64,000 bases of DNA, taken from the NCBI GenBank assembly GCA_965235115.1, contig OZ249436.1, positions 32,180,001 through 32,244,000 of the forward strand. Reading direction: 5' to 3'. Source of the stretch: Laetmonice hystrix (lineage: Eukaryota). Under the pieces are notes generated by a model. The model was not told where the DNA came from. It worked only from the letters and a program-made list of their open reading frames with translations, and searched no databases. The position numbers and the translations under genes were made by a program. Of this stretch, positions 1-13,750 are shown in pieces; position 1 is the stretch's first letter; every line of letters starts with the position of its first letter.

Positions 1-1852
1 GGCAAGACTTGGCAAACTGGTGCTAAGATCAAATTGCAACTTTAATTGGTACCTGGTACTTTACTGACAATAAACGGCAATTAAAGGCGGAAATGACTAG
101 AAAGTAAAAACATGTTGAGCTTGTGAAAAAGTATCATTCATGAGAGAGGCTTACGCCAAACTTTGAATCTCTGTGGAAGTGCATTAAACGTAGAACATGC
201 AGGCCCTTTCGCAGACAGTGCTTGTTGGACGTCGAACCTTGCCTCACCCTTCCATTGGATAATTATGAGGGATGTTTGGGGTCTGCGTCCTACTTCCGAC
301 TTCGGTCCAAACAGGAAAGACATTTCCAAGCCTTGTCATGTCTTCCAGCTAACATGATTAGTGTCCTGTTAACGTGTCAGAGAGCACTGCCCTAATGTTT
401 GCATGGAATAAGGGAGTGACTTTCAATATGGGACTGCATAGTCCGAAATGTGGTCTAGTATAGAAGGATCCTGAATTAAAGACGCGTTGAAGCAACATGT
501 TGTTATTTTCTTTTACATGTTACTTTAACCCCTGATGAACCTTTCTAAAATCCAGGTTCGCAACACAAGGACTCTTTTCGAACGGATCTCGATGAGGATG
601 CCTTGTATCTGAAAGTAATCCTGTTAGTGAGAATTGGCGATGGGCAAAGTTTGGAATTCATTCGGCACGTCACATTTTATATCAAGGATCGAGGGATTTC
701 GAAGGACCAGACCCAATGGCAGAGCATGGCACTCTTGCGAGAAAGCTGATCTTCGAATTAATAACGCCAGGCTGGATCGAGGAGAACCTACTCGTAATTC
801 AGGAGAGGGCCATTTTCGGTCTTCGGTCGATGTTGCTTGATCGAGTGTCGGGCCTCGAAGTTTATGGCTGCACTTCCGCCCGGATTATACCCGCTCCTTT
901 TGAGATTAGGGGCCGGAATATGTATAGGTTGTGTGCGACAGGAAATGTCGCAGAGCCTTATACTGGAGTGTTATCGTAGGCCTGAAAGACACAAAGCCTG
1001 CTATTCCCAAATCTTTTTTCTCCTCCCGTTGATGAGCCCGTGAAAACCCGGATATTCCGTATGCGAGCTGGCGGCGGTAGCTTGAATCCTGCGGTCACAG
1101 GACTACAAGTACACGGGGGAAGTCTGGGGGATCAGCAACCTCTTGCGATTAAACAGAGAGGACGTGACCCAGGTGGAGCCGATGTGCTGACGCCCATGAC
1201 CACCCCAAGACCTCATTTATCTTCTGTGAGCCTCCATTCACTGGGCGCCTTTCTTTGAAAGCCCGAGGCTCGATGGCCAGTCACACTCGGGCGCCCACCT
1301 TTATAGGTCATCGGCTGGCCGGAACCCGTAATGCTCGTATAAATCCTTCATACATTCAGTTAGGGTTCAGATTCCGTGAGACTGGAGAGAAGGGGTCCCT
1401 GGAGGCAATTGGCAGATCGACTAACTCCGGAAGGCGGGTCCATTATTTAAAGGTACATAACGGTAGGGTCAGAACATGCAAATTGTATTGGGGTAATTTG
1501 AGATAGTGAGAAAGTGACCGAGTGTTGGTGGCTTTACGCCATGTCAATAACTAAGGCCATCTTCACGGCAAAAAGATGGTGGAGAGAGAGAGGGGGAGGG
1601 GAGAAAAACAGCGAAACAGAGACAGAGACAGAGAGCCCATAGACCAGCAGAATTTCGGATAGTCGGGTAGTGGGACCGTAGAGTCGGTATGTACGAATTT
1701 CAGATTGTTTCAGACTTCAGCCAGTTAGAAAGCGGGAGCATGTCACATGATGCCAGCTGAAAATGGCGTCCGAGGCATGGGTATGAAATTCCCGCCATGT
1801 TTTTCCGCCGGAAATCGTGCAGTGTGCACATACATCCCAGAAGGACGATCTG

Positions 1853-1991
1853 GGGCCCGTTTCACTAAACACTCGTATTTTACGAGCTCGTATTTTCTAT
1901 AAATCATAATAGCAAAATGTAAATGAGTTTTTTCTTGTTTACGAGCTATAAGGCCATAGACGAGTTCGTACAGTCTTAGTGAAACGAGCCC
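1853..1991. mobile_element. PIF/Harbinger-like hairpin MITE
   Basis: 16-bp TIR gggcccgtttcactaa / ttagtgaaacgagccc (1 mismatch), CTG on both flanks (1850-1852, 1992-1994) fitting a 3-bp CWG TSD; partly palindromic interior. Confidence 0.75.
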
Positions 1992-2400
1992 CTGGCCGAT
2001 TTTCTGAGACCCGGTTTTCCGAATTTCGGGAACGTCACTCGAATCAACCGAATTTCGTACAGTCTTCGGGGTTCAGTAGAAAAACACAAGCAGCCCGTTT
2101 TTATATAGGGGGCTTTTATTTATACGGGAACCGTATACTCTGCTTCCCCCGGCGTGTGCCAAGTTCTTGAACAACCTTGATAGTAATGTCTATCCTGCAT
2201 GATACGGCTGCTATCATTATTAGCCCTGTGATTGGCTCGCATCGTCTAGGATCGGCTTCACGTGAGGTTCATTGCCAACACATGACAAGGCACACTCGTC
2301 TGATGGCAGATCAAGTTCCGTTTATCTCCCTTTAGAGAGGTGAACTCCCAACCAGCGGATCTTCATTCATCAGAGGTGATGAGAACACCTGGACACCGGA

Positions 2401-3545
2401 TACCTATATACGAGTACAAGATCAGGGCGTTGTCTGCCACTTTCAACTGACCTAATACCTGTATACGAGTACAAGATCAGGGCATTGTCTGCCACTTTCA
2501 ACTGACCTAATACCTGTATATGAGTACAAGATCAGGGCATTGTCTACCACTTTCAACTGACCTAATACCTGTATACGAGTACAAGATCAGGGCATTGTCT
2601 GCCACTTTCAACTGACCTAATGCCTGTATATGAGTACAAGATCAGGGCATTGTCTGCCACTTTCAACTGACCTAATACCTGTATATGAGTACAAGATCAG
2701 GGCATTGTCTGCCACTTTCAACTGACCTAATGCCTGTATATGAGTACAAGATCAGGGCATTGTCTGCCACTTTCAACTGACCTAATACCTGTATACGAGT
2801 ACAAGATCAGGGCATTGTCTGCCACTTTCAACTGACCTAATACCTGTATACGAGTACAAGATCAGGGCATTGTCTGCCACTTTCAACTGACCTAATACCT
2901 GTATACGAGTACAAGATCAGGGCATTGTCTGCCACTTTCAACTGACCTAATGCCTGTATACGAGTACAAGATCAGGGCATTGTCTGCCACTTTCAACTGA
3001 CCTAATACCTGTATATGAGTACAAGATCAGGGCATTGTCTGCCACTTTCAACTGACCTAATACCTGTATATGAGTACAAGATCAGGGCATTGTCCACCAC
3101 TTTCAACTGACCTAATACCTGTATATATGAGTACAAGATCAGGGCATTGTCCACCACTTTCAACTGACCTAATACCTGTATATGAGTACAAGATCAGGGC
3201 ATTGTCTACCACTTTCAACTGACCTAATACCTGTATATGAGTACAAGATCATGACATTGTCTACCACTTTCAACTGACCTAATACATGAGTACAAGATCA
3301 GGGCATTGTCTGCCACTTTCAACTGACCTAATACCTGTATATGAGTACAAGATCAGGGCATTGTCTGCCACTTTCAACTGACCTAAAACATGAGTACAAG
3401 ATCAGGGCATTGTCTGCCACTTTCAACTGACCTAATACCTGTATATGAGTACAAGATCAGGGCATTGTCTGCCACTTTCAACTGACCTAATACTTGTATA
3501 TAAATACAAGATCATGACATTGTCTACCACTTTCAACTGACCTAA
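2401..3545. repeat. 55-bp minisatellite, ~21 copies
   Basis: unit tacctgtata(c/t)gagtacaagatcagggcattgtctgccactttcaactgacctaa head-to-tail, near-identical, no unique spacers. Confidence 0.97.
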
Positions 3546-4519
3546 AAATAAGTAGAAAAGGAGAATCTAAAATCAATATAAACTCCAACAGTCAAATAAT
3601 TTTTAAAACTGTATATTTACAACCAAAGATTGACCATAAGGCCCGCTCAGATCTGCTTGGGGTTGAATTTACTGATTAAAACTGATTTATGACGCCATTC
3701 TGAAGTGTTTCCTTAAGACTTCCTGATCCAGAATCACGTTTCTGTGATTAGGACTCGTGAGCCTAGCAGTAGCCAGCGGCTATCACATTAAACAAATTAG
3801 ATCCCGCGACATATGGCAGGAGATGGAATTCCTCTAAGTTGAGGGGACAACAACAGCGTTGGAAATCTTCTGTGGTCCCTGACGACAGCTGAAATGGCTT
3901 CCGACGTAAACATAGCTCTTTGTTTTTTACACCTTCAAGATGAGATGGTGATACTTGACCCATATTATACCACTGCATCTTCAGGATCCAAGAATATAGT
4001 TAGGAAGTGGTTGGTGATAGGCCTTTTGGAAATAGGCGGATATCTTTTGACCCTTCAATCAGATGTTTTAAAATTCCATTAATATCGTTCTTATCCTTAT
4101 TAGCCTGCTTGCCTGGCGTCCTGCCGCCTTTAGGGATCATGTTAGGTTTAGGCCTGCAGATGGACGCGGTAATCCCATTGGCGGGGGAGTCCTCGGCTGT
4201 CGTCTGCAATCAATCTGCTCGCCCTGAGCGCCAGAGATGACGATCCCGAAAAGGCAAAGATCGGTGACGCCTGCTTGGCGAGCGAAGGCATGACACGTAT
4301 AGCAGGGTGAAAGGGTGAAGTCCAGTTGTTCATAGGCCGGACACGAGTGTGTGACATGACTCCTATGACGAGTCTAGGCTCCCGTCAGGGGAAGTCGGGG
4401 GAAAGAGCTGAATGGTTCGAGTTGAAGTAGACAGATGTACATTCACGTATGGAGAATTCAAATCCAATCCCTGGTCCACTGGATCATTTTCCTTGCGGGA
4501 TGCTTCCCATTCTTTAATA

Positions 4520-4736
4520 CCTTAATCCCCCATTTACCTGTCCTATTCCCTAGCGCATAAAATTTCAAATTTCAAAAAGCTCAGTATGTCCTATTCAAAA
4601 CGTGGCGGATACATGACCTGGTTTTGATAGGACTGTTCCGTTATCGGTTGTTATCCCCCGACCAATGTAGTACCTTTTCGGACTTAGACAATTTTCGGCC
4701 ACTTCGGGAATAGGACAAGTAAGTGGGGGATTAAGG
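4520..4736. mobile_element. MITE with 31-bp TIRs
   Basis: ccttaatcccccatttacctgtcctattccc versus gggaataggacaagtaagtgggggattaagg (2 mismatches); TSD not clear. Confidence 0.65.
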
Positions 4737-5653
4737 AAGTTGCTTATGATAGGCTTAGAAGGAAAATAAATCTACCATTTAAACTGAAATTTGTAATAAA
4801 ATCACGTAATACCGTCACAATCGCGGGGAGATAAGGCAATTCATTCAACATGGTTTAAAATATCACACTTTGAATAAATCACTTTCTTATGTCTGGGTGG
4901 AAAATATAACATATCGGCACCGTCATATACATGTATACGTTATTTGGTCTCGACTCATACCAGACCTTATTGATGGAAAACTGGCCGAAATCGTATGCTA
5001 AATCATGATATCAACTGCGCTACGTAAAGGAGTAAGTCATGTCGTCCTTCGTTCTATGACAGAAAATCCATATCGTAGACCCCCACAATAAAGGCAGCAG
5101 CTGCTTTACGAGAAACCAGCCATATTATAACTCAAGGCAGGTCTATAAGGAGCGCCGAATCTTTCACATTTTGTCATAGGGAGCGCCAAGCTTATTTGCG
5201 CCCAACGCACGGGGATTTAACGAGAAATGTTCGTATTCATAGACAGAACGTGAACTGACCTTCGTTCATCTACTTGACAGTGACTAACGGGGCCCGAGCG
5301 ACCCCCACGGTATCCCACTGCGGGCTACTTTTTAAGGCGCTAATGGCCATTGTAGGGCATTCCCTTAAGAAGTATTGACGTGCAAGGAAGGCCAACCTCG
5401 TAAAGTAGCCTTCGTAAGATTAAGGAATTAGACGTTGTGGGGGATGAAAAGCCACTGCGGGGCCTTGAAGTGGGGAAATGGGGGAGGGGTGCCAAGTCCT
5501 GCACTATGCACCCTACAACTTTGTACGTTTATGTCATAATATCTAAACCACGGGTCACAGAGCTCTAAGTTACCGCTGTTATATTGCTACAGGAGGGCTA
5601 TACTTCATCTTCCAGTATGTTAATCGTCACGACCTCCATGAACCGCGGAGTGT

Positions 5654-5708
5654 GGATGAGTGGGTGGATGGGTGGGTGAGTGAGTGAGTGAGTGAGTGAG
5701 TGAGTGTG
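5654..5708. repeat. (TGGR)/(GTGA)n microsatellite
   Basis: direct reading. Confidence 0.85.
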
Positions 5709-6092
5709 AGATCGGTGAATTTTACCTCGATTTTACGTTTCGTTGTTGGTAATTATTGGCCATATTCAAGTCGGGGACAAGTCTTTTCATTTAGTTCGTC
5801 CATTTGGGGTGTTGATGGCGTTGATGATACGAGAACATGCTGGGGAAAGGATAAGTAGATAAGGGAGGTTAAAGTGCAACACTGGATAGACGCAGTAGTA
5901 CGTACACGCCCGGTCTTAACCTAGTCGGGTTCACTGGGTGGGTATATATAGAGGAAGGATTCGTACGGTACCTACGACAATGCCGCTCAAGAAGGTGGAA
6001 TTATGTTTTATATTTCTTTCTCGGCAGAATTTCTGCCAGCTCTCTCGACAAAATGCTGATTTCTAAGTGGGATTCTGTGCTATAGTCTGCAA

Positions 6093-6156
6093 TGTGTGTA
6101 TCCACCTTGTGTGTATCCACCTTGTGTTTATCCACCTTGTGTGTATCCACCTTGTG
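6093..6156. repeat. 15-bp tandem repeat x4
   Basis: tgtgtgtatccacct repeated. Confidence 0.9.
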
Positions 6157-6370
6157 ACATTATAACAGTCGCCGGTATATCGCATGAAAAGTAAAGATAA
6201 CAAAATCATGACGTTGAGTAATCGTTGGTGCAGTGTTTCTAATTGGAAACATGCCCAAAGCAAATATGTCGAAGTTGAAAGGATTATGGCGCAGGTTTTG
6301 CATTCATATTCGCTGGATCCGGCTGCGTAGGGCCTATAGTCAGAGACAAAGAACGTTCACATAGACAGCT

Positions 6371-6473
6371 GTGCGTTTCTCATCTATCGTTATCCTGTCG
6401 TGCGTTAAAATCCCCATTGAAAATGCATTGGAGTTAACGATACGACAAGCTAACGACATGATGAGAAACGCAC
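6371..6473. mobile_element. short hairpin MITE
   Basis: gtgcgtttctcatc...gatgagaaacgcac perfect 14-bp inverted ends; imperfect pairing continues for ~38 bp. Confidence 0.6.
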
Positions 6474-9400
6474 CTGGTAACACAAGATGTAGTATAGCTT
6501 CATTCGAAGACCTGCTAATAGAACAATTGTCACAGTAGCAGGTTGTTCTATCCGAGTGTTCGTATATGCTATGCCGACGTACCCCCGTCTTCGTTGTTAC
6601 AGCATAATGAATACAGGTAGAAATTATGAAGTAAGCGTGTACTTTGTAGATAGACTATAGTGGACGAGTCCGTATACTTAAGATATCCAATTTCAATACC
6701 GGAAACCTCGTACAGAGTGCCGTCCAAACAAATGCCTTTCAGCAGCAACATGGACCACTCTATATGAAAAAGGCTGACTACAATTCATGGCTTCTAATTT
6801 TCCGATAAAAGCTCACGATATAATATGAAAGCCCATTGTAATGAAACTTGATAAACCATATCCTAGATGCGTCTACAGAAAACCAGTTTTAACATAAATT
6901 CACTGCAGCAGTTTTTCCTGATTCTGTGATAAACCTACGCCAACAGCCGCTCAAAAGAAAGCAATGTCGAGACAAATTTTCGCTGGCGCTGTTCCCCCGA
7001 CGTCTTAAGTAAAACGGACGAGTATATCGGACAGGTGCGAGTATCAATGATCATCCACGCAAAATTATCATAATAACACATGATCCATAGATATGATGGA
7101 AAATCAAGTAGCATTGGCGGCATGTACTTGAGTGGGCTCTATGGGCGCTGATGGCTTCAGGCTCGATGTTGATAAAGTATCACAAATTAATCTCAGCTGA
7201 GGCGGTAAGCACATGCACCGGGCCAGATGAATCGAGATGTGGCTTCCTCTGCGAGGTTTATGTGACGAGGGGCCTGATATCGGCTGTATATGTTGGGCGT
7301 TCCGCTTTCAGCAACGTGTACACGTCACAAAACATTATGCAACGTTACGAAACGTTTTAATATTAAGCCTCTAAATTTCCATGCAACATACCCCACCCCC
7401 CTCCCAAAAAATTAAGGAATTTAAAAGAATTTATTTTTACAAAAAAAAATAAAGGAATTTAAAGGACTTTACGTCGATTTCTGAGAAAAATGAAGGAATT
7501 TTAAACGAATATTCCCAGACCTTACATAAGGTTTAAACATGAAAAAAGCCACTATCCATATTTATATGACTATAAGTTGTAATATATCCACTGGTTTTGG
7601 TTCAACTCACTTCTGTATGGATTATTTACCATACTTAAAAGAGAAAAAGTGTGTATGGAATCCGGATCTTTGCTGGGGTATTCGGTGGCTATACACAATA
7701 TTTGGTGCAAAAGGAAGCTGCATGCGTGAGCCCAGAAATGTAATTTGCTTTCAAATACTTATGAGCTTACTAGACGCAGACTCAGCCGGTCAAATTTAGA
7801 AAGAACATGTAAAAATGAATCCAGAATAAAGCAATATAGAATAGGCCTACTGAACGAAGAGACCCTGTTCCAGATCAGATTTGAAATATTTTGCAAGTGC
7901 AGCTGCTGGAGAGTTTCATTTTGGAATTCTGTGCATTTTAGGATATGATGGGTTATGTTACGAGGTTCAAAAATTGTTCCTACCCAAAAAGAAATTAAGG
8001 AATTTAAAGGATTTTTTTCACAAAAATAAAGGAAAATAAAGGAATTTCCAAGATTTTTTTAAAAAAATAAAGGACTTTAAAGGAAATTTCCTTAAAATAA
8101 AGGAAATGTATGATGCCTGAAATTCGGCAATGTTTGGTAGAATAATGTGTTTCTGAAAGCACGTCAGGTGTTAATTCCACACTTGATGGTAAACCTTGGT
8201 CCACTTGGTACAGCATCCGGCGATGACATTCCTCTTGTGCGGTCCGTTACCTCTTCCTGCCTCTGACAGCAAGACGGTGTACGACCGTCTGATCACACAG
8301 CCGTTAGAGGTGGGCCGTGTCCAGTCCAGTGGCGGATTCAGCAGGGTTGGGGGTGGGGGGGGGGGGGGGGGATGCAGGTGTATTTTCAATGATAGTTATG
8401 TTGCTACGGTATCTGTTCAACTTAAAAGGGTTCATTGTCATTTAGAAATACGTTACTCAATCTGTTAGAATATGGAAGACAAAATACGGGTATATAGGGC
8501 CTAATGAGATCGTGTCTGTCGAAAGGAATATTAAATAGAATGGCAAACTTTGATATCTTTTTATGTAAATTTGTATCTTTTTATGTAAATATGTATGGAG
8601 CTTCTGTGAATGATGGCAATGGCCTTATCGTCGTATATTTAGCTCTTTCCGTAGATTTATGTACGCTCCCAAGTCGAGTAGTCTGCCGAAAAATGTAATA
8701 GTTCAGAGAGCTCGCAGGGTTTATAGCGCGGCAGGGAAATGGCATAAAACAAGCATGATTGTCATATATAAGTACATTGTACATCGCCCACAGCTGCCCC
8801 TTGACGCTCGCCAGCCTATCAGTAAATTGGTCTTTCAAATTCCACTGCCTGATAGTTTCATTCACGCTGCAGTAGCCATCACGCAAGTAATTTTGCATCG
8901 CTCACAGAAATCTAAGCTCGAGGCACGCAACATAGTCAGTACATTCAATCCATCTGTTATGATGAATAATGGTAGTCTTCACTTGATGAGCTACTATGAC
9001 GCCTCTTATAGAACAATCCGCATCACGTCAAACGACAGTGTTCATTGTATTTTTAGAGCGAGCCATTACTTTCTGGGATTGGGCTCCTCTTATTGGACGT
9101 TACGCTTATATGTAAAGGCCTGTGTCTACAGGCATAGTATATTGTATGGAAATCTAAAATGGCTTTTGGTTCACACTCTCGAAATCCTTTAAAACCTGAT
9201 AAATCAGTCCTTTAATCATAGAAAGACATTGAAACACACACCATACCGACTCGACCTGTAAAAATACACGGGTCTAATGCCTCGAATGATAGACCAAACG
9301 ACGCCTACATCAGAGACAAAACCTTTTTGACTTTCCAACATACGGCAAGGTGTAAAATGAGACATTTATAGATGCCCATTCGATCGACTCAACAGAGAAA

Positions 9401-12400
9401 GGGGATGCCCACTCCCATGACCAATATTAACAAAAGACACCTCTTTCCCTATACACAGCAACTACCATTTAACTGTTAAGACCCCAAGAAGAAAGTTCAT
9501 CAAACAAGCTGCTTTGGTGAAGAGCCACTCGCCTAAAATAAAAGACAAGAAAGAAAAGAGGGAAAGAAAAAGAAAGAAAGCATATTTTTCTCCATAAAAG
9601 TTTGCTAAACTTTATAGCCACAGTGTCTCAAAGATTTGCTGAGTTTCTTTTGTATCTCGATGCTAACTCACCCGTAATTAGAAAACCATCCTTTAATAAT
9701 TACCGACTAATTAAAATAAATTAAACGTGGCGTGGAACTGAAACAAAGGGGAAGACATCATGCATGCTTGGGCCTTATTAAAAGGTAAGTCGACCCCAAA
9801 TGATGATGGCACACTCTCCCAATCTGAAGAACAAAAGATGATTTCAATCAACGCAGAGTTGATTGATTTGTGCATGTTATCAGCAATCACAGCGCCCGTA
9901 CCGTGCGAATCCCAAACGAAGCCACGCGCTCTCGTAGACTAAACTTTGATTACATCGACAAGGTATACCTACGCCACTCTGGTAACCGTTTATCGGCATG
10001 AATTAAGCTGAATGCATGGTTAATCCGATTTTCCTGATCCAAGAAATCCCCCGGTATTATTAGCTGACCCCTCCTTGCCTTGTTTCTAGCAACGAACCGC
10101 TGATTGCCAAGCGTTGTCACTGATCCGCTCGTGTACAGTAGGCATATAGCCGCTGAGGAACCGGCGGGCCGCGCGCTTACCGACTTAAGAGTCTCGTCGT
10201 AATACCTACACGCAACTGCTAATTAGCAGATTATGACTCGGTGAATAACGCGGCACAGGACGGTAATCAGGTATCAGTTAGTTGCGCCGGCCGAGGCAGA
10301 GCCGCCACTCGTCATAGAGGCGGCACAGCCGGTTAATCAGGTATTACGACGGCGGGAGAAAGCCGAGAAACAGAGTGCTGTGGGTTGTACGGCAACTGCT
10401 GGCGGTAACAATGCCGCGCCGAAAAGGCCATCTTGACAGAAGCCGTCGGTCTGGCTTAATGACCGTTTGTTGCCAATATATCAAAAAACACCCCCCGCCA
10501 TCAATAATGCATAATGGTTCCATCCCCCAACCTGCCGTCGAGCTCGGCTCGATCGGGGCCCAATCATCGCAGTGGATTTCAGGGCCTTGCCTAATCAAGC
10601 AGTGCTCAGAGGAAGCCAGCAGCGACCCAATTCTATCAGCTGGTCCGGAATGTTTTAGTCTAGGGACCGCGGTACGGTCATAGCGCGTCCCGGACCGTCT
10701 ATTATAGGCCATTGAAAAACAAGACGGCCATCAACTTCACTAGAGAAAGCATAGCATTCTATATAAAATCAAATAAACACAAATCAATGGCCAAATGGGG
10801 TATGGTAAGCGTTTATATTTCACATGAATTTAATTCATGCGGTGAAAAGATGACCATAGGGATTGCAGAAGTAGTCGGGCTTTATGGAAATATTAGGTTT
10901 CCATAACTTTGAATAAATAGTGTCTTCCTTCAAATTTACGAGCAAATAATGAGCCACGGAGCAAATTTTCCAAGGTTATTCAGAGAAGTCACTTCCAAAT
11001 CTTCAAAAAAGTTCATTTCGAAAAGCCGACCTCCATGGCGTAGGATTGGCCCACACGCCTGCTTATTATGGCCGTTGATTGGGCAATATTTTCGTCGTCA
11101 ATCACCTTGGAAAATGGCGGCCAGCTCCTCAGTCATGGCGACGGTTTTGTCACATGCCCTCCGCCTCCTCCCGTTCTCCACCTCCACACATCATGATGGA
11201 GCCGCGCCTGGGGCCTACGTCTATTGGAGAACAGCGAGGTCTCGTTTCCCAGGCGAAGCGCTAAGTTAGCTGTCGCCTGCCTGGTACCTTGGCTCCATAA
11301 AGCCTTCCTGCCCGATCTGTAACTCAGTATTTGCTCAGTCTACCGTAATCATGCGATTTCTGACAAGCATCAGAATATAGACCGCATAGGCCTATACCAA
11401 GGTGACTGCCTCTTTTAATATGTAGATAATCTATGTGTACTTTTCGAATAAATCGAGGGTGCATGGCCTAGATTATACGTTATCAACCGATGTTACGAGA
11501 TGTCGCTGGTTGTCGCGAGCCCGGAGGGGGTTATGCAATCAGGACACTGGTGAAGGTTACGGTGGGGGCTCCGTATGCTCATTAGTATTTAGGATGATCT
11601 CTATATAACCACCGTATACACCTGGCTAGCCGAACCTTACCACTCGCCCAACATAACCTTGATTCCATGACACGGAGAAAGCCAAGGATCAAGGCAAAGT
11701 TAACGACCTTGATTGATCTTTGGCATGCTCATCGCAGCGCTGTGACAGTGAAACTGTAGGTTTTGAAAGCATTTGGACTCGTATGCACGTTTGACTTTAA
11801 AATAAAATTAACATGTTTTTCCAAAGACTGTTTTAGATCTGTATTGTCATGTGAAGCTTCTTCAATTGATTTCATTATTCAAGAGATACAACATTTGTCG
11901 CCCGAGAGAGATCCGAACTTATTGGCATACTGTAGCTCCAGTGGTAACGCCTGGCATTTCAGCAGGAGCTTTTTATCGGTCTTTCTTAAACATTACGAAA
12001 GCGACTGCCACGAAATCTACCTACCTTTTCCAGCTCCCGCCTCTAATGATACGACTTCAGCCGAAGTTTGAAAGCAATCCTTCCTGCAGCGACCAATATG
12101 CGTCGTCATAGAGAAATGACATGTACAGGCTCACATCCTCACCCACTGATGTGCAGCTCGTCTTGGACCCCGTGCATCACATCTTGGCCTGCCATCGTGA
12201 CCGTTAACCATGAGGGTTGTGTCCATGCGCCCGCAACCTGTACTCAAGATGACGTGTGATTCCGCCGAGTCCTCTACCCGTTATGTCGCGCCCGGTCCTG
12301 GCAACCTCCCAGCATCCAATCCGCCGCCGAACGGCTGCAGGCCCGTCTCTGGGAGTTGTCCCGGGAAACGGCTGATCAAAACAAGTGCATGTGGTATGCA

Positions 12401-13608
12401 CTACAGTAACGTCTGATCGACCCCCCCCCCCATTTTATTGATTAGCGTCGCCTTGCTTCGTGACCGCAGCATTCTTAAATACACTTCTCACTCGTTGTGC
12501 CCCCACCTCCCCACTCACCCGGCCAGAGGGAATCATGAAACTCTTCCCCGTCCCCTTGAAAAAAGTCTTGGACGCCATTAGAGAATGGCCGGCTGGCGGA
12601 GGTTGCAGTGGGATGGTTGCGTCAATGGTAAATGTACCTGGATAATCTTTTAAGATCGGTTCTCCCCAGTGTACCTAACCGACGGATAGTAATATTTGTT
12701 TGGGTGATTACGGACGAGACCCTTGAGTACAGCTGTAGTCTGTCTGGGTTTGAGCTATGTGTGATTGGATTAGGATCAGGGGACCAGTACTTTGAGAAGA
12801 AAGAACAAATAGAATTTCCTACGCAGGGCGTTGAAGGAGTACATGTAGGACATATCAAACCAATCTTTACCTTACCTAGGGTAAAGCACCTTTAGAAAAA
12901 TAATCGCTGTGGACCTGACAATAAGTACGCACTGATTTAAACGGAACCCAAACAAATATTGTTTTTCTTTTTTATCGATTGGGCTTTAATGTGGCATTTA
13001 ATGAAGTTGTGATTGCATGTGTCATTATTATCTTAAACATTCCATACAGTGCTCGTAGTACACCTTCACTTACATGGAATTGCATGATCTACAATTACAT
13101 TTTTAAGATACGAAGATGAAGAAAATGATCAGCAACTATCATTATTTACATTAACGTTCTCGAAAGCTTGTCACCCCAGACAGTGGAAGGGTACATTAGT
13201 GCTGACACCAATTTAGATCCCTGGCTAAGTCGTGCAAACAAATATCGCGAATTCTGTAGGGAATAGCACTAACTATACACTGCATGAGTAACGATTGTAA
13301 AGATCTCCTGCTGCCCCATGGGCGATCCAACACGTTCTCATGTTGGTTTTGTGACTACAGACATGCATGCTAAAGTTACTCGGTACGAAATCATTCGCCA
13401 GCTCTGTATCGTACATCACCTCTCTGAGGTTGCACGTCATGTCAGCGGCGCACTAAACCATGCCTTACGTGACAACAAGGCAACGGGTATGAGCTAAAGT
13501 AGAGAGAAAAGTTGTACAAGTCACTGACGTCGATCGACATATGGAAAGTTGACCTTGCTTATATAGCCTAATATGGATGCAACTGTCGCCTGATTCTCCT
13601 CATCTCCC

Positions 13609-13678
13609 AGACAGAGAGAGAGAGAGAGAGACAGAGAGAGACAGAGACAGAGAGAGAGAGAGAGACAGAGAGAGAGAC

Positions 13679-13745
<67 letters not shown>
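13609..13745. repeat. (GA)n microsatellite
   Basis: direct reading; source of the spurious ER/LS-repeat ORFs. Confidence 0.97.

Positions 13746-13750
<5 letters not shown>

Noticed and set aside
529..572. Hammerhead-like motif cctgatga-acct...aggt-tcgcaac (Penelope-type); similar ctgatga-ggtc...gacc at ~19861
   Set aside because: The conserved GAAA is missing in both and no convincing Penelope RT/GIY-YIG coding lies nearby; an Infernal search would settle it
2401..3545. CRISPR-like regular repeats (also 25621-26036, 36688-38329, 57652-57960)
   Set aside because: Units are contiguous with no unique spacers, there are no cas genes, and the context is eukaryotic
7390..8120. Two AT-rich blocks with aaggaattt repeats ending in tgtatgatgcctg (hAT-like end)
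   Set aside because: No matching left TIR or TSD found, so boundaries cannot be supported
8659..9192. 177-aa ORF
   Set aside because: No recognisable motif; overlapped by an antisense ORF; likely chance
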